A stretch of 64,000 bases of DNA from an uncultured Chloroflexia bacterium (GCA_963752475.1 CAVVYR010000007.1:1-64000), one strand, 5' to 3'. Positions 9,804 through 19,783 are shown, counted from the stretch's first letter. Numbers and translations are program-made. Notes: a model not told the origin generated them from the sequence alone.

Positions 9804-9877
9804 TCAGGGTCCTGGCGAGCGCACCGCTGGCGGCTCCGGCGCGCTGCCGTCGCTGGAGCCCTGGCCCGAACTCGATG
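9804..9877 (-). pseudogene. 74-nt copy of the mscS 3' end (4582..4655)
   Basis: 70/74 nt identical by manual alignment, including the stop codon. Confidence 0.85.
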
Positions 9878-9917
9878 GTGTGTCCGGCCCGAACCCGAAT
9901 CGGACTGCCTCGCTTGC

Positions 9918-10373
9918 TCAGTCGGCCTCGTCCTGGTCATCGGCATCATCGCGGCGTCGACCAGCCAGCGGGCGCTGCGAAGCGATGCGAGAGATGAGTG
10001 CTGCCATGACGCCCAGCCCGGCGATGCCGTAGATGACGGTCACGATCTTGCTCAGGTCAGTCGTTGGGGCGATGTCGCCGTAGCCGATGGTAGCGAGGGT
10101 GATGAAGCTGAAGTAGAAGCCGTCGACCAGCGACAGGTCCTCGAGGACCATGAAGATGAGCGTGCCGGCCACGAGCAGCATCCCGGCTGCCACCAGGATG
10201 CTTCGGCTGGTTGCATCGCGCCAGATGCTGCGAAGCGCCACGTACGTGATCACGAAGGGCATGGCCATGGTGCCCGGAATCGCGACCAGCGCCTTGCCCG
10301 CTGTCTTCGCCGCGTGCCTGTCGTGTGGTTTGGGTGGCTGATCGCCGGCTGAGTTATCTGGCTCGCTGGTCAT
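9918..10373 (-). CDS. Two-TM potassium channel family protein (pore-only, Ion_trans_2)
   Basis: DGFYFSFITLATIGYGDIAP selectivity filter signature. Confidence 0.92.
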   Translation of the reverse strand: MTSEPDNSAGDQPPKPHDRHAAKTAGKALVAIPGTMAMPFVITYVALRSIWRDATSRSILVAAGMLLVAGTLIFMVLEDLSLVDGFYFSFITLATIGYGDIAPTTDLSKIVTVIYGIAGLGVMAALISRIASQRPLAGRRRDDADDQDEAD

Positions 10374-10555
10374 GGGTCACCCCCGTGCTGGTGCAGATGG
10401 CTATGTCTCGCGTCGGCCGGCGGGCGGCGTTCTTGGCCATGGCGAACACCACACGGGCCACGTCCCAGCGATGCGCTCACCACGATAGTGCGCCCAGCCT
10501 CGCTAGATGTGAGGCCTGGCTGTCTCAACGTTGCCACGTGCCATCCCTCCGGCCA

Positions 10556-10570
10556 CACCCGGAGTGGGTG
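10556..10570. promoter_or_regulatory. Operator site 5 (CACCCGGAGTGGGTG)
   Basis: Divergent intergenic region; CAACGT on - strand at 10528-10533 (22-nt gap). Confidence 0.65.
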
Positions 10571-10619
10571 AATCCGAGCCCACGCCAGCACCGGACGGCA
10601 AGAGCAGCGACGCCAAATC

Positions 10620-10634
10620 AACCCGATTCGGGTG
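10620..10634. promoter_or_regulatory. Operator site 6 (AACCCGATTCGGGTG)
   Basis: Heads the long + strand operon; CATCCT at 10659-10664 (24-nt gap). Confidence 0.65.
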
Positions 10635-10722
10635 TATCGCCGGCCCCGGTCGTCGTCGCATCCTCCGCTTGGTGCCGATCGCACGCATCGGACGACTCAA
10701 CACACGAGAGGAGCAATTCACC

Positions 10723-11722
10723 ATGGCCGACAAGATCGTCACCGGACCCGTCCAGGTCTTCGTCATCGGTTTCGAGAAGCCCGACTTCAACGGGCGCATC
10801 CTCGCCGAGCTCAAGAAGGCCCGCAAGCGCGGCGTCATCCGCCTCGTGGACCTGCTCTTCGTGCAGAAGGACGCCGGCGGTTCCATCAGCTCGACGATGC
10901 ACATGACAGGCCTTAGTGAAGCCGAGCGCCTGCGCCTCGGTGCCGTGGCCGGCGGCCTCATCGGCCTCGAGGTCGGCGGCCTCGAAGGCATGGAGGAAGG
11001 CGCTGCCCGCGGTGAGCTCCGCGTGACCGCCCGTGACTACGGCATGAGTAGCGCCCAGCTGGCCGACCTCGCCGACAGCATCCCGGCCAACAGTGCCGCC
11101 GCGGTCATGGTCATCGAGCACCACTGGGCGGCGAGCCTGCGTGACGCGCTCGCCGACGCCGGTGGCGAGCTCCTGCTGCAGGCCATGATCGGACCGGACC
11201 TGCTGCTGACCATCGGGGCCGGGCTGGAGGCCCGTCTCGAGGCCGAGGAGGCCATCGAGGAGGCCGAGGCCATCAAGTACGCGGCCGCGGTCGAGGTCGC
11301 CCAGACCCTCGCTGAGGCCGAGATCATCGAGGAGCTGGCCATGGAAGAGGCGGCTGACGTGGTCGCCACCGCGATGGCCATCGAGGATGCCGTCGCGGCC
11401 GACGTGGCCGAGGCGCTCATCGAGGCCGAGTTCATCGAGGACGTCGCCGCCGACGAGGCCGCGGCAGCGGTCGAGGAAGCCCTGGCCATCGAGGACGAGG
11501 CTGCCGCTGAGGCGGCCGATGCGGTCGAGACCGCGGCCGAGATCAAGGCCGCCGCCGCGGTCGAGGCCCTGCGCGCGCTCTACGTCGCCAAGGTCATCGA
11601 AGACGAGGCCGCCCAGGAGGCCGTCGACGCCCTCGTGGCTGCCGAGATCATCGAGGACGAGGCTGCCGCCGAGGCCCTCGACGCCGTCATCGCTGCCGAG
11701 GAGGTCGAAGCAGGAAGCCTGA
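10723..11722 (+). CDS. DUF6325/DUF1269-like protein with long acidic Ala/Glu repeat tail; probable frameshift just before the stop
   Basis: GPVQVFVIGF, GVIRLVDLLFVQKD, IEHHWA motifs; GAGGAG RBS; TGA at 11720-11722 is out of frame and the literal ORF reads on to 11871, overlapping the next gene. Confidence 0.75.
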
Positions 11723-11786
11723 GTCGACGAGGGCGATGGATGCGCCACAGCCAAGCCAACACACGTAGCGAACAGGAGTACACACC

Positions 11787-13346
11787 ATGGCCAAGAAACG
11801 GGGAACGGCATTCGACGTCCCGTCGAACGTCTTCGTGCCCGATGAGCTGGACTCACGGCTGGGCAAGCTGACCTTCACTGACGGGGCACCCAGCGACGAG
11901 ACCGTCGAGAAGATCTACGACAACCTCGACTTCACCCGCGCACTCGACGCCTACATGAACGGCTACCAGCTGGCCTCCCTGAAGGCCATGCACAACGGCC
12001 TGCTGGCCCACGGCGCCGAGGACAACGGCGGCGTGATGATCTGGTCGAAGCTGATGGATTCCCAGTCCCTCTTCCTGACCGCCAATGCCGACACGATCTA
12101 CTACATCTTCACCATCAACCTCAACGAGGGACCGATGGTCGTCGAGACCCCGCCGGATGCGCTGGGCCTCTTCGATGACTTCTGGTTCCAGCACGTCATC
12201 GACTTCGGCCGGCCGGGTCCGGATCGCGCGAAGGGTGGCAAGTTTCTCCTGGTGCCTCCGGGCTATGACGGCCCGATGCCGGACAGCGGCTTCCACGTGG
12301 GCGCCTGTACGTCGATGTTCGTGATGGCCTTCGGCCGCAACTTCCTGCAGGACAACGACCCCAAGCCGGTCGTCAAGTCGATCAAGGACACCCTCAAGAT
12401 CTATCCCTACACGCCGGGTGGTTACGGCACCAGCATCGCCACGCTGCTCGAGGGCAAGACGACTCCGGGCAAGCCGGCGGCAGTCAAGCCGACCCACTTC
12501 GTGGAGGGCACCGGCCTGGACATGAACACGCTGCCCCCCAGCGACCACACCTACTTCGACATGCTCAACGAGATCGTGCAGGAGGAGCCGAGCGGCGTGA
12601 TCTCCAAGGAGATCATGGGCTCGTTCGCGGCCATCGGCATCGTCAAGGGCCAGAAGTTCAAGCCGAATAAGCGCATGCAGAAGATCCTCGCCGACGCTGC
12701 GGCGGTCGCTTGCGCCACCGGGCGTTCGCTGAACTGGCGCTTCCGAGATGAAGACGGCTGGGCGTTCTATCCGGGATCTGCCTGGTACAACATGCTCTGG
12801 CAGGGCGGCTACAACTACGAGACGCCGCCGCCGGAAGTGACCAAGGACGGCATCAAGCCCTACCCGCCGACCGGCTACCGCATGCTCAACGCCCGCTTCG
12901 GCTTCTTCTCCATCGCCACCGGGGTCACCCCGGCCATGTGCATGCGCTTGACGGGCATCGGCTCGCAGTACCTGATCGCCGACGTCGACGCCGACAAGAA
13001 CTACTTCGACGGCGCCAAGACCTACAAGTGCACCTTGCCCGCGAACATCCCGGAGGTCAACTTCTGGTCGTTCACGGTCTACGACAACCAGACCCGCTCC
13101 ATGCTGCGGACACCCCAGGGTTACCCGAGGGCCGGCAGCCAGTCGTACCCCAGCCCGGCGGCCGTCCACAACAAGAACGGCACCGTGGACATCTACTTCG
13201 GCCCGGTGGCGCCCAAGGGCAAGGAAGCCAACTGGATCCAGACCGTACCCGGCAAGGGTTGGTTCACGATCCTGCGCATCTACAGCCCCACGGAGGCCTA
13301 CTTCGACAAGACCTGGCAGGCCGGCGAGATCGAGCTGATCGACTGA
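11787..13346 (+). CDS. DUF1254/DUF1214 domain protein
   Basis: LFLTANADTIY, GPDRAKGGKFLLVPPGY, FWSFTVYDNQTRS, NWIQTVPGKGWF; CAGGAG RBS; no evident signal peptide. Confidence 0.92.
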   Translation: MAKKRGTAFDVPSNVFVPDELDSRLGKLTFTDGAPSDETVEKIYDNLDFTRALDAYMNGYQLASLKAMHNGLLAHGAEDNGGVMIWSKLMDSQSLFLTANADTIYYIFTINLNEGPMVVETPPDALGLFDDFWFQHVIDFGRPGPDRAKGGKFLLVPPGYDGPMPDSGFHVGACTSMFVMAFGRNFLQDNDPKPVVKSIKDTLKIYPYTPGGYGTSIATLLEGKTTPGKPAAVKPTHFVEGTGLDMNTLPPSDHTYFDMLNEIVQEEPSGVISKEIMGSFAAIGIVKGQKFKPNKRMQKILADAAAVACATGRSLNWRFRDEDGWAFYPGSAWYNMLWQGGYNYETPPPEVTKDGIKPYPPTGYRMLNARFGFFSIATGVTPAMCMRLTGIGSQYLIADVDADKNYFDGAKTYKCTLPANIPEVNFWSFTVYDNQTRSMLRTPQGYPRAGSQSYPSPAAVHNKNGTVDIYFGPVAPKGKEANWIQTVPGKGWFTILRIYSPTEAYFDKTWQAGEIELID

Positions 13347-13422
13347 CGGCCTGCCACTGTCCACGGAGGTGACCGCCGCCTTGGCGGTCGCCTCCACCCC
13401 CAAACGTAGTCGAGGACATCCG

Positions 13423-13920
13423 ATGACCAGACTTGACCAGACCGACGAAGCTATGGACAACATGGCGAGCGCGGACCCCAAGGAGATCGAGGCGCTGTAC
13501 GTGCAGAACGCCGCGAGCACCGCATTCGATGGTGAGCGCCTGACGCTCGCCGGCGTGGGACCGACCACGCTGCTCTTCTCCGATCGACCGGACCGCGTCA
13601 CCGCGCACGTGCCCACCACGGAGTTCGTGGACGGCTGGGGCGATGGCGATGACAGCTTCGCCTCCAACCCACCCAACGCAGTGCTCTCGTCCTTCGACGG
13701 CGACGAGGTCAACGACGTGGTCGTGGTGCTCAGCGAGCCCGTGCTCAAGGGTTCCGACCTGAGTTACCTGGTGACCATCACCGACGGTGAGCTCGCGGCG
13801 TCGAGCGCCGAGTCGTCGATGTTCATCGACAGTATCGGACGGCCGCTTTCGCCCGTCTCGGTCGCCGGAGCTCGGCGTCGAGGCCGCCGCCGGACTCGAC
13901 GCAGGGTCGGCCGGCGTTGA
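13423..13920 (+). CDS. Hypothetical protein with Arg-rich C-terminal tail
   Basis: LYVQNA, FSDRPDR, SNPPNAVLS; ends IGRPLSPVSVAGARRRGRRRTRRRVGRR; GAGGA RBS. Confidence 0.8.
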   Translation: MTRLDQTDEAMDNMASADPKEIEALYVQNAASTAFDGERLTLAGVGPTTLLFSDRPDRVTAHVPTTEFVDGWGDGDDSFASNPPNAVLSSFDGDEVNDVVVVLSEPVLKGSDLSYLVTITDGELAASSAESSMFIDSIGRPLSPVSVAGARRRGRRRTRRRVGRR

Positions 13921-14022
13921 GGCTGAACGATCTCAGAACGCGATCGGTGATGCGCATGGGATGAGCTGCCACATCGTCCAACCGGTTCAACAGGAACACT
14001 GCAGACACCTAGGAGAAGACCA

Positions 14023-14643
14023 ATGACTGACGATCAGAACACCCAGGATGCGGCCGTCGCGAGCGAGGCTGACGACACCGGCGCGACCGTGGTGGCCGCT
14101 GTCGGCGACGACACCGGCGTGCAGGCCGCAGGCGCGGTCGTAACCGACTATGACAATGCGGCCATCGTGGCCGTCTTCAACGACGAGGACGCGGCCATCG
14201 CGGCATACGGCAACCTCCAGGATGCCGAGTCCAACGCCGGCCTCGGCATCGAGGGCGTGCTCGTCATCAAGACCGATGACAAGGGCAAGGTCAAGATCCA
14301 GAAGATGACCGACCACAGCACCAAGACCGGTGTCAAGTGGGGCGTGGTCGGCGGCATCGTGCTGGGCCTGCTCTTCCCGCCCGCGCTCATCGCCACCACC
14401 GTCGGTGTCGGCGTCGTCGGCGGTGTGCTCGGCAAGGTCCGCAATGAGTGGCACAAGTCCGAGGCCGGTGACGCCCTCACCGGCGACCTCGGACCCAACC
14501 AGTCGGGCATCCTCGCCCTCGTCGTGGCCGCCGACGTGGCTGCCGTCACGGCGGCCATGCCGGCCGCAACCAGCGTCAAGAGCGCTGGCGTGGACGACAA
14601 GACCGCCCAGTCCATCAAGGATGCGGCGGCCCAGGCCTCCTAG
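14023..14643 (+). CDS. DUF1269-family membrane protein
   Basis: IEGVLVIKTDDKGKV, GVKWGVVGGIVLGLLFPPA; AGGAG RBS. Confidence 0.85.
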   Translation: MTDDQNTQDAAVASEADDTGATVVAAVGDDTGVQAAGAVVTDYDNAAIVAVFNDEDAAIAAYGNLQDAESNAGLGIEGVLVIKTDDKGKVKIQKMTDHSTKTGVKWGVVGGIVLGLLFPPALIATTVGVGVVGGVLGKVRNEWHKSEAGDALTGDLGPNQSGILALVVAADVAAVTAAMPAATSVKSAGVDDKTAQSIKDAAAQAS

Positions 14644-14655
14644 TCCGTTTCACCT

Positions 14656-14696
14656 CCCTCGCCGGGCAAGCTCCCCTGAGGCCTACCCGGCGAGGG
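14656..14696 (+). terminator. Intergenic stem-loop (CCCTCGCCGGG / CCCGGCGAGGG)
   Basis: 11-bp perfect inverted repeat after the stop codon; attenuator or mRNA stabiliser. Confidence 0.55.
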
Positions 14697-14771
14697 CCTT
14701 GATACCAAGCACCAGGCAGCCGAGTACCCAATGGACCGGTGCGACCAGGACCCGGATCCCGGAGGATCACG

Positions 14772-16559
14772 ATGAGTCAGGCAACCGATAGCGCGTCGAG
14801 TCCAGCCCAGGGCGCGTCCCGTCCCGTCCCCACGGCGCCGACGACCCTCGAGCGGTGGTTCCCCATCGCGGTCTGGCTGCGCCAGTACGACTGGGGCAAG
14901 TCGTTCACGCCTGACCTCATCGCCGCCGTCAGCGTGGCGGCCCTGCTCATCCCCGAATCCATGGGCTACGCCTCGGTCGCCGGCGTCCCCGCACAGTACG
15001 GCCTCTACGCAGCCCCGCTGGCACTGCTCGCCTACGCCATGTTCGGTGGCTCCAGGCTGCTGGTCTTCGCAGCGGCTGGCTCCGTCGCGGCCATCAGCGC
15101 ATCCATCGTCGGCGGGATCTCTGACGGCGATTCGAGCATCGCCATCACGCTCACGGCCGGACTCGCCATCGGCACCGGCGTGGTCTATCTCGTATTCGGC
15201 CTTGCCAAGATGGGCTGGGTCGCGAACTTCATCTCCAAGGCCGTCATGGCCGGCTTCATCTTCGGCATGTCCATCCAGATCATCGTGGGCCAGTTCGGCA
15301 AGCTGTTCGGGGTCGAAATCAGCGATGGCAGCGCGGCCGAGAAGCTCTGGGCAGCTGTCACCAGCATCGGCGACTGGAACATCAGCGCCAGCGTGGTCGG
15401 CATCGGAGCGCTCCTCCTCATCTTTGGGCTGCAGCGCTTCATGCCCAAGGTGCCCGCGGCGCTCAGCGCGGTCATCATCGCGTCGGCCCTCGTGGCCGTG
15501 CTCAGCCCCTCCATCGACATCGTTGCCGAGATCCCCCAGGGCCTGCCCTCCTTCGGGGTGCCCACCGGGATCGATCTCGAAACCTGGCTCACGCTGATCG
15601 TCGGCGGCATCATCGTCCTCCTCGTCGGCTTCTCGGAGGGGTGGGGGGCCGAGTCGAGCCTCGCCGAGAAGACGCACGACGACCTTGACACCAACCAGGA
15701 GTTCCGGGCCTACGGCCTTGGCAACATCGGTGCCGGCCTGCTCGGCGGCATGGGCGTCACGGGCAGCCTCTCGAAGTCCTCGGCAGCGGTGGCAGCCGGA
15801 GCCAAGTCGCAGTTCTCCAATATCCTGCTCGCAGGTTTCGTGATCCTGACGCTGCTCTTCCTGGCGCCGCTCTTCCAGTGGCTGCCGGAGACCGTCCTGG
15901 CGGCCATCGTCATCAACGCTATGTCAGGCTCGGCCAGCCCGCGCAAGCTCGAGCGGCTATGGAAGGTCGATCGCATCGACTTCGCGTTTGCCCTGGTGAC
16001 CTTCCTGATCGTCTTCTTCGCCGACCTGCTACCGGCCATGATCGCGGGCATCGTGATGTCGGTCGTCTACATGATCTATCGCATCAGCTTCCCCGGCCGG
16101 TCCACCCTTGGCCGGGTGCCTGAGACCGGCGACTACGAGGCCATGAAGTGGGAGTACGGCCGTCGCAGCGGCACGACCCACTCGGACGCTGAGGCGGTAC
16201 CGGGCGTCATCGTCTATCGCTTCGCGTCGCCGCTGATCTTCGCCAATGCCGAAGCCTTCAAGCAGACCGGGCAGAACCTGCTCATCAGCGCGGCCAAGGA
16301 TGGACCGCTGCCACACACGATGGTCATCGACTTCGAGGAGGTCATCCTCGCCGACTCGACCGGCACAGCCCAACTCAGCGCTTTCTTCAAGTACGCGCAA
16401 CGCTATGGCGTGGACCTGCTGCTGGCGCGCGTGCACTCAGGCACACACAAGCTCCTCGAGCTCGCCGGCACGGCCGACGAACTCGGCGAGGAGCGCTTCT
16501 ATCACACCGTCCGCGACGCAGTCGATGCAGCCGTCGCCAAGCACGGTCAGCCCAAGTAG
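14772..16559 (+). CDS. SulP (SLC26) anion transporter with STAS domain
   Basis: DLIAAVSVAALLIPESMGYA, GLYAA, NQEFRAYG, YRFASPLIFANA; GGAGG RBS. Confidence 0.93.
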   Translation: MSQATDSASSPAQGASRPVPTAPTTLERWFPIAVWLRQYDWGKSFTPDLIAAVSVAALLIPESMGYASVAGVPAQYGLYAAPLALLAYAMFGGSRLLVFAAAGSVAAISASIVGGISDGDSSIAITLTAGLAIGTGVVYLVFGLAKMGWVANFISKAVMAGFIFGMSIQIIVGQFGKLFGVEISDGSAAEKLWAAVTSIGDWNISASVVGIGALLLIFGLQRFMPKVPAALSAVIIASALVAVLSPSIDIVAEIPQGLPSFGVPTGIDLETWLTLIVGGIIVLLVGFSEGWGAESSLAEKTHDDLDTNQEFRAYGLGNIGAGLLGGMGVTGSLSKSSAAVAAGAKSQFSNILLAGFVILTLLFLAPLFQWLPETVLAAIVINAMSGSASPRKLERLWKVDRIDFAFALVTFLIVFFADLLPAMIAGIVMSVVYMIYRISFPGRSTLGRVPETGDYEAMKWEYGRRSGTTHSDAEAVPGVIVYRFASPLIFANAEAFKQTGQNLLISAAKDGPLPHTMVIDFEEVILADSTGTAQLSAFFKYAQRYGVDLLLARVHSGTHKLLELAGTADELGEERFYHTVRDAVDAAVAKHGQPK

Positions 16560-16568
16560 ACCCAGTGA

Positions 16569-16599
16569 CGACCAGCCAGCCGGCGAGGCTGGCTGGTCG
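16569..16599 (+). terminator. Intergenic hairpin CGACCAGCCAGCC / GGCTGGCTGGTCG
   Basis: 13-bp perfect inverted repeat. Confidence 0.5.
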
Positions 16600-16628
16600 A
16601 TCCACCACCGATCGAGAGGGAGACGAAC

Positions 16629-18803
16629 GTGAGCACCCTGGACAAGCTGGTGACTGTCTATCGGACTGAGATCCAGCTGCTTTGGGACTGGCGTTCGGGT
16701 ACCGGCGCGCTGCTGAAGCGAGCGCTCATCTCACTGGTGGTGAGCATCCTTGCCTTCAACATCACGGCGTGGCTGCTGCCAGGCCTGCTCAGCATCGAGG
16801 AGGTGGGCGGCGGGCTCATCGCCATCCTGTTCATCTCCGCTCTGAACCTGGTGGTGCGGCCGGCGATCCTGGTGCTCGTGGCCAGCCGCTCCGTCATCTT
16901 GCAGGTCCTGATCAGCCTGCTCTTCCAGACGCTGGTCATCTGGCTGCTCACGCCGCTCATCCCCGGCGTCACCGTGCACGGCGGCATCCTCGGCGCCTTA
17001 GCCGTGTCGTTCATCCTGGGCTTCTTCAATGGAGCTGCCGGCATCCTGTTCGGCCTGGGCGATGACGACTCGTACTACGGCACGCTGGCCCGGACACTCG
17101 CGACCAAGCGCGAGGATGTCATCCACAGCGACGAACCGGGCCTGGTCGTCATCCAGGTCGATGGCCTGGCGCACGATGTGCTGACTCACTCGCTCCGGGC
17201 AGGTCGTGTCCCCTTCATGGCTCAGCAGATCCGCGATGGCAGCCACAAGCTGGACCGCTGGGAGGCATTGCTGCCTTCGACGACGCCAGCCAGCCAGGCC
17301 GGCATCCTCCACGGCAACAACGACGGCATCCCCAACTTCCGCTGGTGGGAGAAGAAGGCCCGCCAACTGCTCGTCGCCAACCATCCCGAGGACGCCACCG
17401 AGATCGAGCAGCGCATCTCGAACGGCGAAGGTCTGCTCAGCCCGGGCGGCGCGAGCATCAGCAACATCTTCACAGGCGATGGCGATCGCGCCTTCCTGGT
17501 GATGTCGACCATCAAGGTCAAGGAGCGTGGCCTGGGCCAGAGCAATGCCTTCGCGATGTTCTTCCTGAGCCCCTACAACTACCTCACGATGATCGCCAAG
17601 TACCTCGCAGAGGTCGTGAAGGAGCGGGTGCAGTCGTTTCGCCAGAAGCGTGCAGGGATCGAGCCGCGCATGCATCGCGGCTTCCCCTATCCCTGGGTCC
17701 GGGCCGCGACCAACGTGGCCCTGCGCTCGCTGGGCACCTCGCTGGTCATCCAGGAGATGCTGCGGGGTACGCCGGTCATCTACATGGATTACACCGACTA
17801 CGACGAGATCGCCCATCACAGCGGACCCGAGCGGGGCGAGTCGCTCGACGCCCTCGACGGGGTCGATCGCGAGCTGCGTACGCTCCACAAGGCTGCCCGG
17901 AACGCTCCGCGGCCCTATCGTTTCGTCTACCTGGCCGATCACGGCCAGAGCCTGGGGGCCACCTTCCTGCAGCGCTATGGCGTGACCCTGCAGGACGTGG
18001 TGCAGTCGCTCATGGGCGGCAGTGCCTCGGTGGCCGCGGCCACCGAGCAGATCGAGGACTGGGGACAGCTCAACACCTTCCTGACCGAGGTCTCTGAGGC
18101 AGACGGCGTGGCAGGCTCGGTGGCACGAACGGCCACCCAGGGCCACCGCAAGGACGGGAACGTCAAGCTCGGACCGCAGGATGCGGTCAAGACCGACGCT
18201 GACGGTGAAGAGGATCCCGACCTCGTCGTCGTGGCCGGCGGCAACCTTGGCCTGATCTACTTCAACGCCATCGATGAGCGGCTCACGCTCGAGCAGATCG
18301 AGGAGCTCTACCCGGACCTGGTCCAGGCCCTTGCGGCACACCCCGGCATCGGCTTCGTGTTGGTCCGGTCGAAGGCCCGTGGGCTCCTGTGTCTGAACAA
18401 GGACGGTATCCACTGTCTCGATGACGGAGAGGTCGAGGGAGTCGACCCGCTGGCTATCTACGGAGAGCACGCCATCGCTTCGGTTAAGCGCCTTGATGCG
18501 ATCGAGCACGTGGGTGACATCGCGGTGGTCAGCCAGTTCGATCCCGAGACCGGTGAGATCGCGGCCTTCGAGGAGCTCATCGGAGCGCACGGTGGGTTGG
18601 GCGGGCCCCAGACCCGACCATTCCTGCTTCATCCGGCCGACTGGGAGCTTGACCTGGCGCCCCTGCTGGGCGCACCGATGGTGTACCAGCAGCTGCGCCG
18701 CTGGATGGAAGGGGAACTCGGGATGACGTTCGGCAAGCAGGATGGCGACAAGCTAACCCCGGCGCCGGACCCGTCGGAACCGAACAGGGAAGAAACGACG
18801 TGA
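16629..18803 (+). CDS. 4-TM phage-holin-like domain fused to an alkaline phosphatase/phosphodiesterase superfamily domain
   Basis: N-terminal TM block (LNLVVRP); IQVDGL, PSTTPASQAGILHG, DYDEIAHHSG, LADHGQ, HGGLGGPQ metal-site motifs. Confidence 0.85.
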   Translation: MSTLDKLVTVYRTEIQLLWDWRSGTGALLKRALISLVVSILAFNITAWLLPGLLSIEEVGGGLIAILFISALNLVVRPAILVLVASRSVILQVLISLLFQTLVIWLLTPLIPGVTVHGGILGALAVSFILGFFNGAAGILFGLGDDDSYYGTLARTLATKREDVIHSDEPGLVVIQVDGLAHDVLTHSLRAGRVPFMAQQIRDGSHKLDRWEALLPSTTPASQAGILHGNNDGIPNFRWWEKKARQLLVANHPEDATEIEQRISNGEGLLSPGGASISNIFTGDGDRAFLVMSTIKVKERGLGQSNAFAMFFLSPYNYLTMIAKYLAEVVKERVQSFRQKRAGIEPRMHRGFPYPWVRAATNVALRSLGTSLVIQEMLRGTPVIYMDYTDYDEIAHHSGPERGESLDALDGVDRELRTLHKAARNAPRPYRFVYLADHGQSLGATFLQRYGVTLQDVVQSLMGGSASVAAATEQIEDWGQLNTFLTEVSEADGVAGSVARTATQGHRKDGNVKLGPQDAVKTDADGEEDPDLVVVAGGNLGLIYFNAIDERLTLEQIEELYPDLVQALAAHPGIGFVLVRSKARGLLCLNKDGIHCLDDGEVEGVDPLAIYGEHAIASVKRLDAIEHVGDIAVVSQFDPETGEIAAFEELIGAHGGLGGPQTRPFLLHPADWELDLAPLLGAPMVYQQLRRWMEGELGMTFGKQDGDKLTPAPDPSEPNREETT

Positions 18804-19711
18804 TCAGCGACGTACTGGTAACCATCACCCAGGTAGGGATGCTCGTCTTCATCGTGGCCAGCATGGCAGCGATGGGTCTGGGCCTGACCATCAAGCAGAT
18901 CATGGAGCCGCTGCGCGATGTGCGCATGCTGCTGTTGTTGCTGACGGTCAACTTCGTGGTGGTTCCCATCGTGGCCATCGCGGCCGCCAGGTTGCTGCCC
19001 ATGGGCGACGATTCTGCGACCGCGGTCATCATCATCGGCTGCTGCGCCGGAGCGCCCTTCCTGCCCAAGCTGGCCCAGCTGGCCAAGGGTGACGTGGCCG
19101 TCTCGGTAGGCGCCATGGTCCTGCTCATGGTCGTGACCGTCATCTACGCCCCGATCGTCGTGCCGCTCGTCGTCGAGGGAGCCGAGGTCGACCCGCTCGA
19201 CATCGCCAGTTCGCTCATCCTGTTCATGCTCGTCCCGCTTGGCATCGGCCTGATCATCAAGGCCCGCTACGCGGAGCTCGCCGACGGCTGGGTCGGTCCG
19301 GTCGGGCAGATCTCCAGCGTGGCCATGCTGCTGGGTGTCGGTGCGGCGCTGTTCGTCAGCTGGCAGGACATCGTCGGCGCTATCGGCAGCTGGATCTTCA
19401 TCGGCACCGTCATCGTCCTCCTCACCGGGTTGGCTACGGGCTACCTCTCTGGTGTCGGACGCTCGCAGAGCGACAAGACCGTGCTCGGGTTCGCAACGGC
19501 ACAGCGCAACATCAGCGCTGCCATCGTGGTTGCCACCTCCCTCGGCGGCACTGTCCTCGTGCTCACGCTGGTCGGCGCACTGATCATCCCCATCGCGCTC
19601 ATCATCCTGGCCGCTGAAACGGGCAAGCGGGCAGCTGAAGCAGCGGCTGCCGTGGCCGCCGCCACGAGCACGGAGCCTGCGGCTACGGATCCGCCAAGCG
19701 CATCGACATGA
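18800..19711 (+). CDS. Bile acid:sodium symporter (BASS) family transporter
   Basis: MGLGLT, NFVVVP, AGAPFLPKLA, TAQRNIS; GTGA overlap with the upstream stop. Confidence 0.9.
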   Translation: MISDVLVTITQVGMLVFIVASMAAMGLGLTIKQIMEPLRDVRMLLLLLTVNFVVVPIVAIAAARLLPMGDDSATAVIIIGCCAGAPFLPKLAQLAKGDVAVSVGAMVLLMVVTVIYAPIVVPLVVEGAEVDPLDIASSLILFMLVPLGIGLIIKARYAELADGWVGPVGQISSVAMLLGVGAALFVSWQDIVGAIGSWIFIGTVIVLLTGLATGYLSGVGRSQSDKTVLGFATAQRNISAAIVVATSLGGTVLVLTLVGALIIPIALIILAAETGKRAAEAAAAVAAATSTEPAATDPPSAST

Positions 19712-19783
19712 CCGTCCGACCGTGCCTTTGTGTCGTGCCCAATGGGCCCTACCCGGCGTGGACGATGGGAGGACCGTTTCACT

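Noticed and set aside
11853-13748. Long antisense ORFs (e.g. 11853..13748-, 16998..18632-, 51627..52907-, 45751..47217+)
   Set aside because: Shadow frames of real high-GC genes with no family motifs.
16629-17060. Prophage suggested by the holin-like domain
   Set aside because: Fused to an enzyme inside a transporter operon; no phage structural, lysis or integrase genes.
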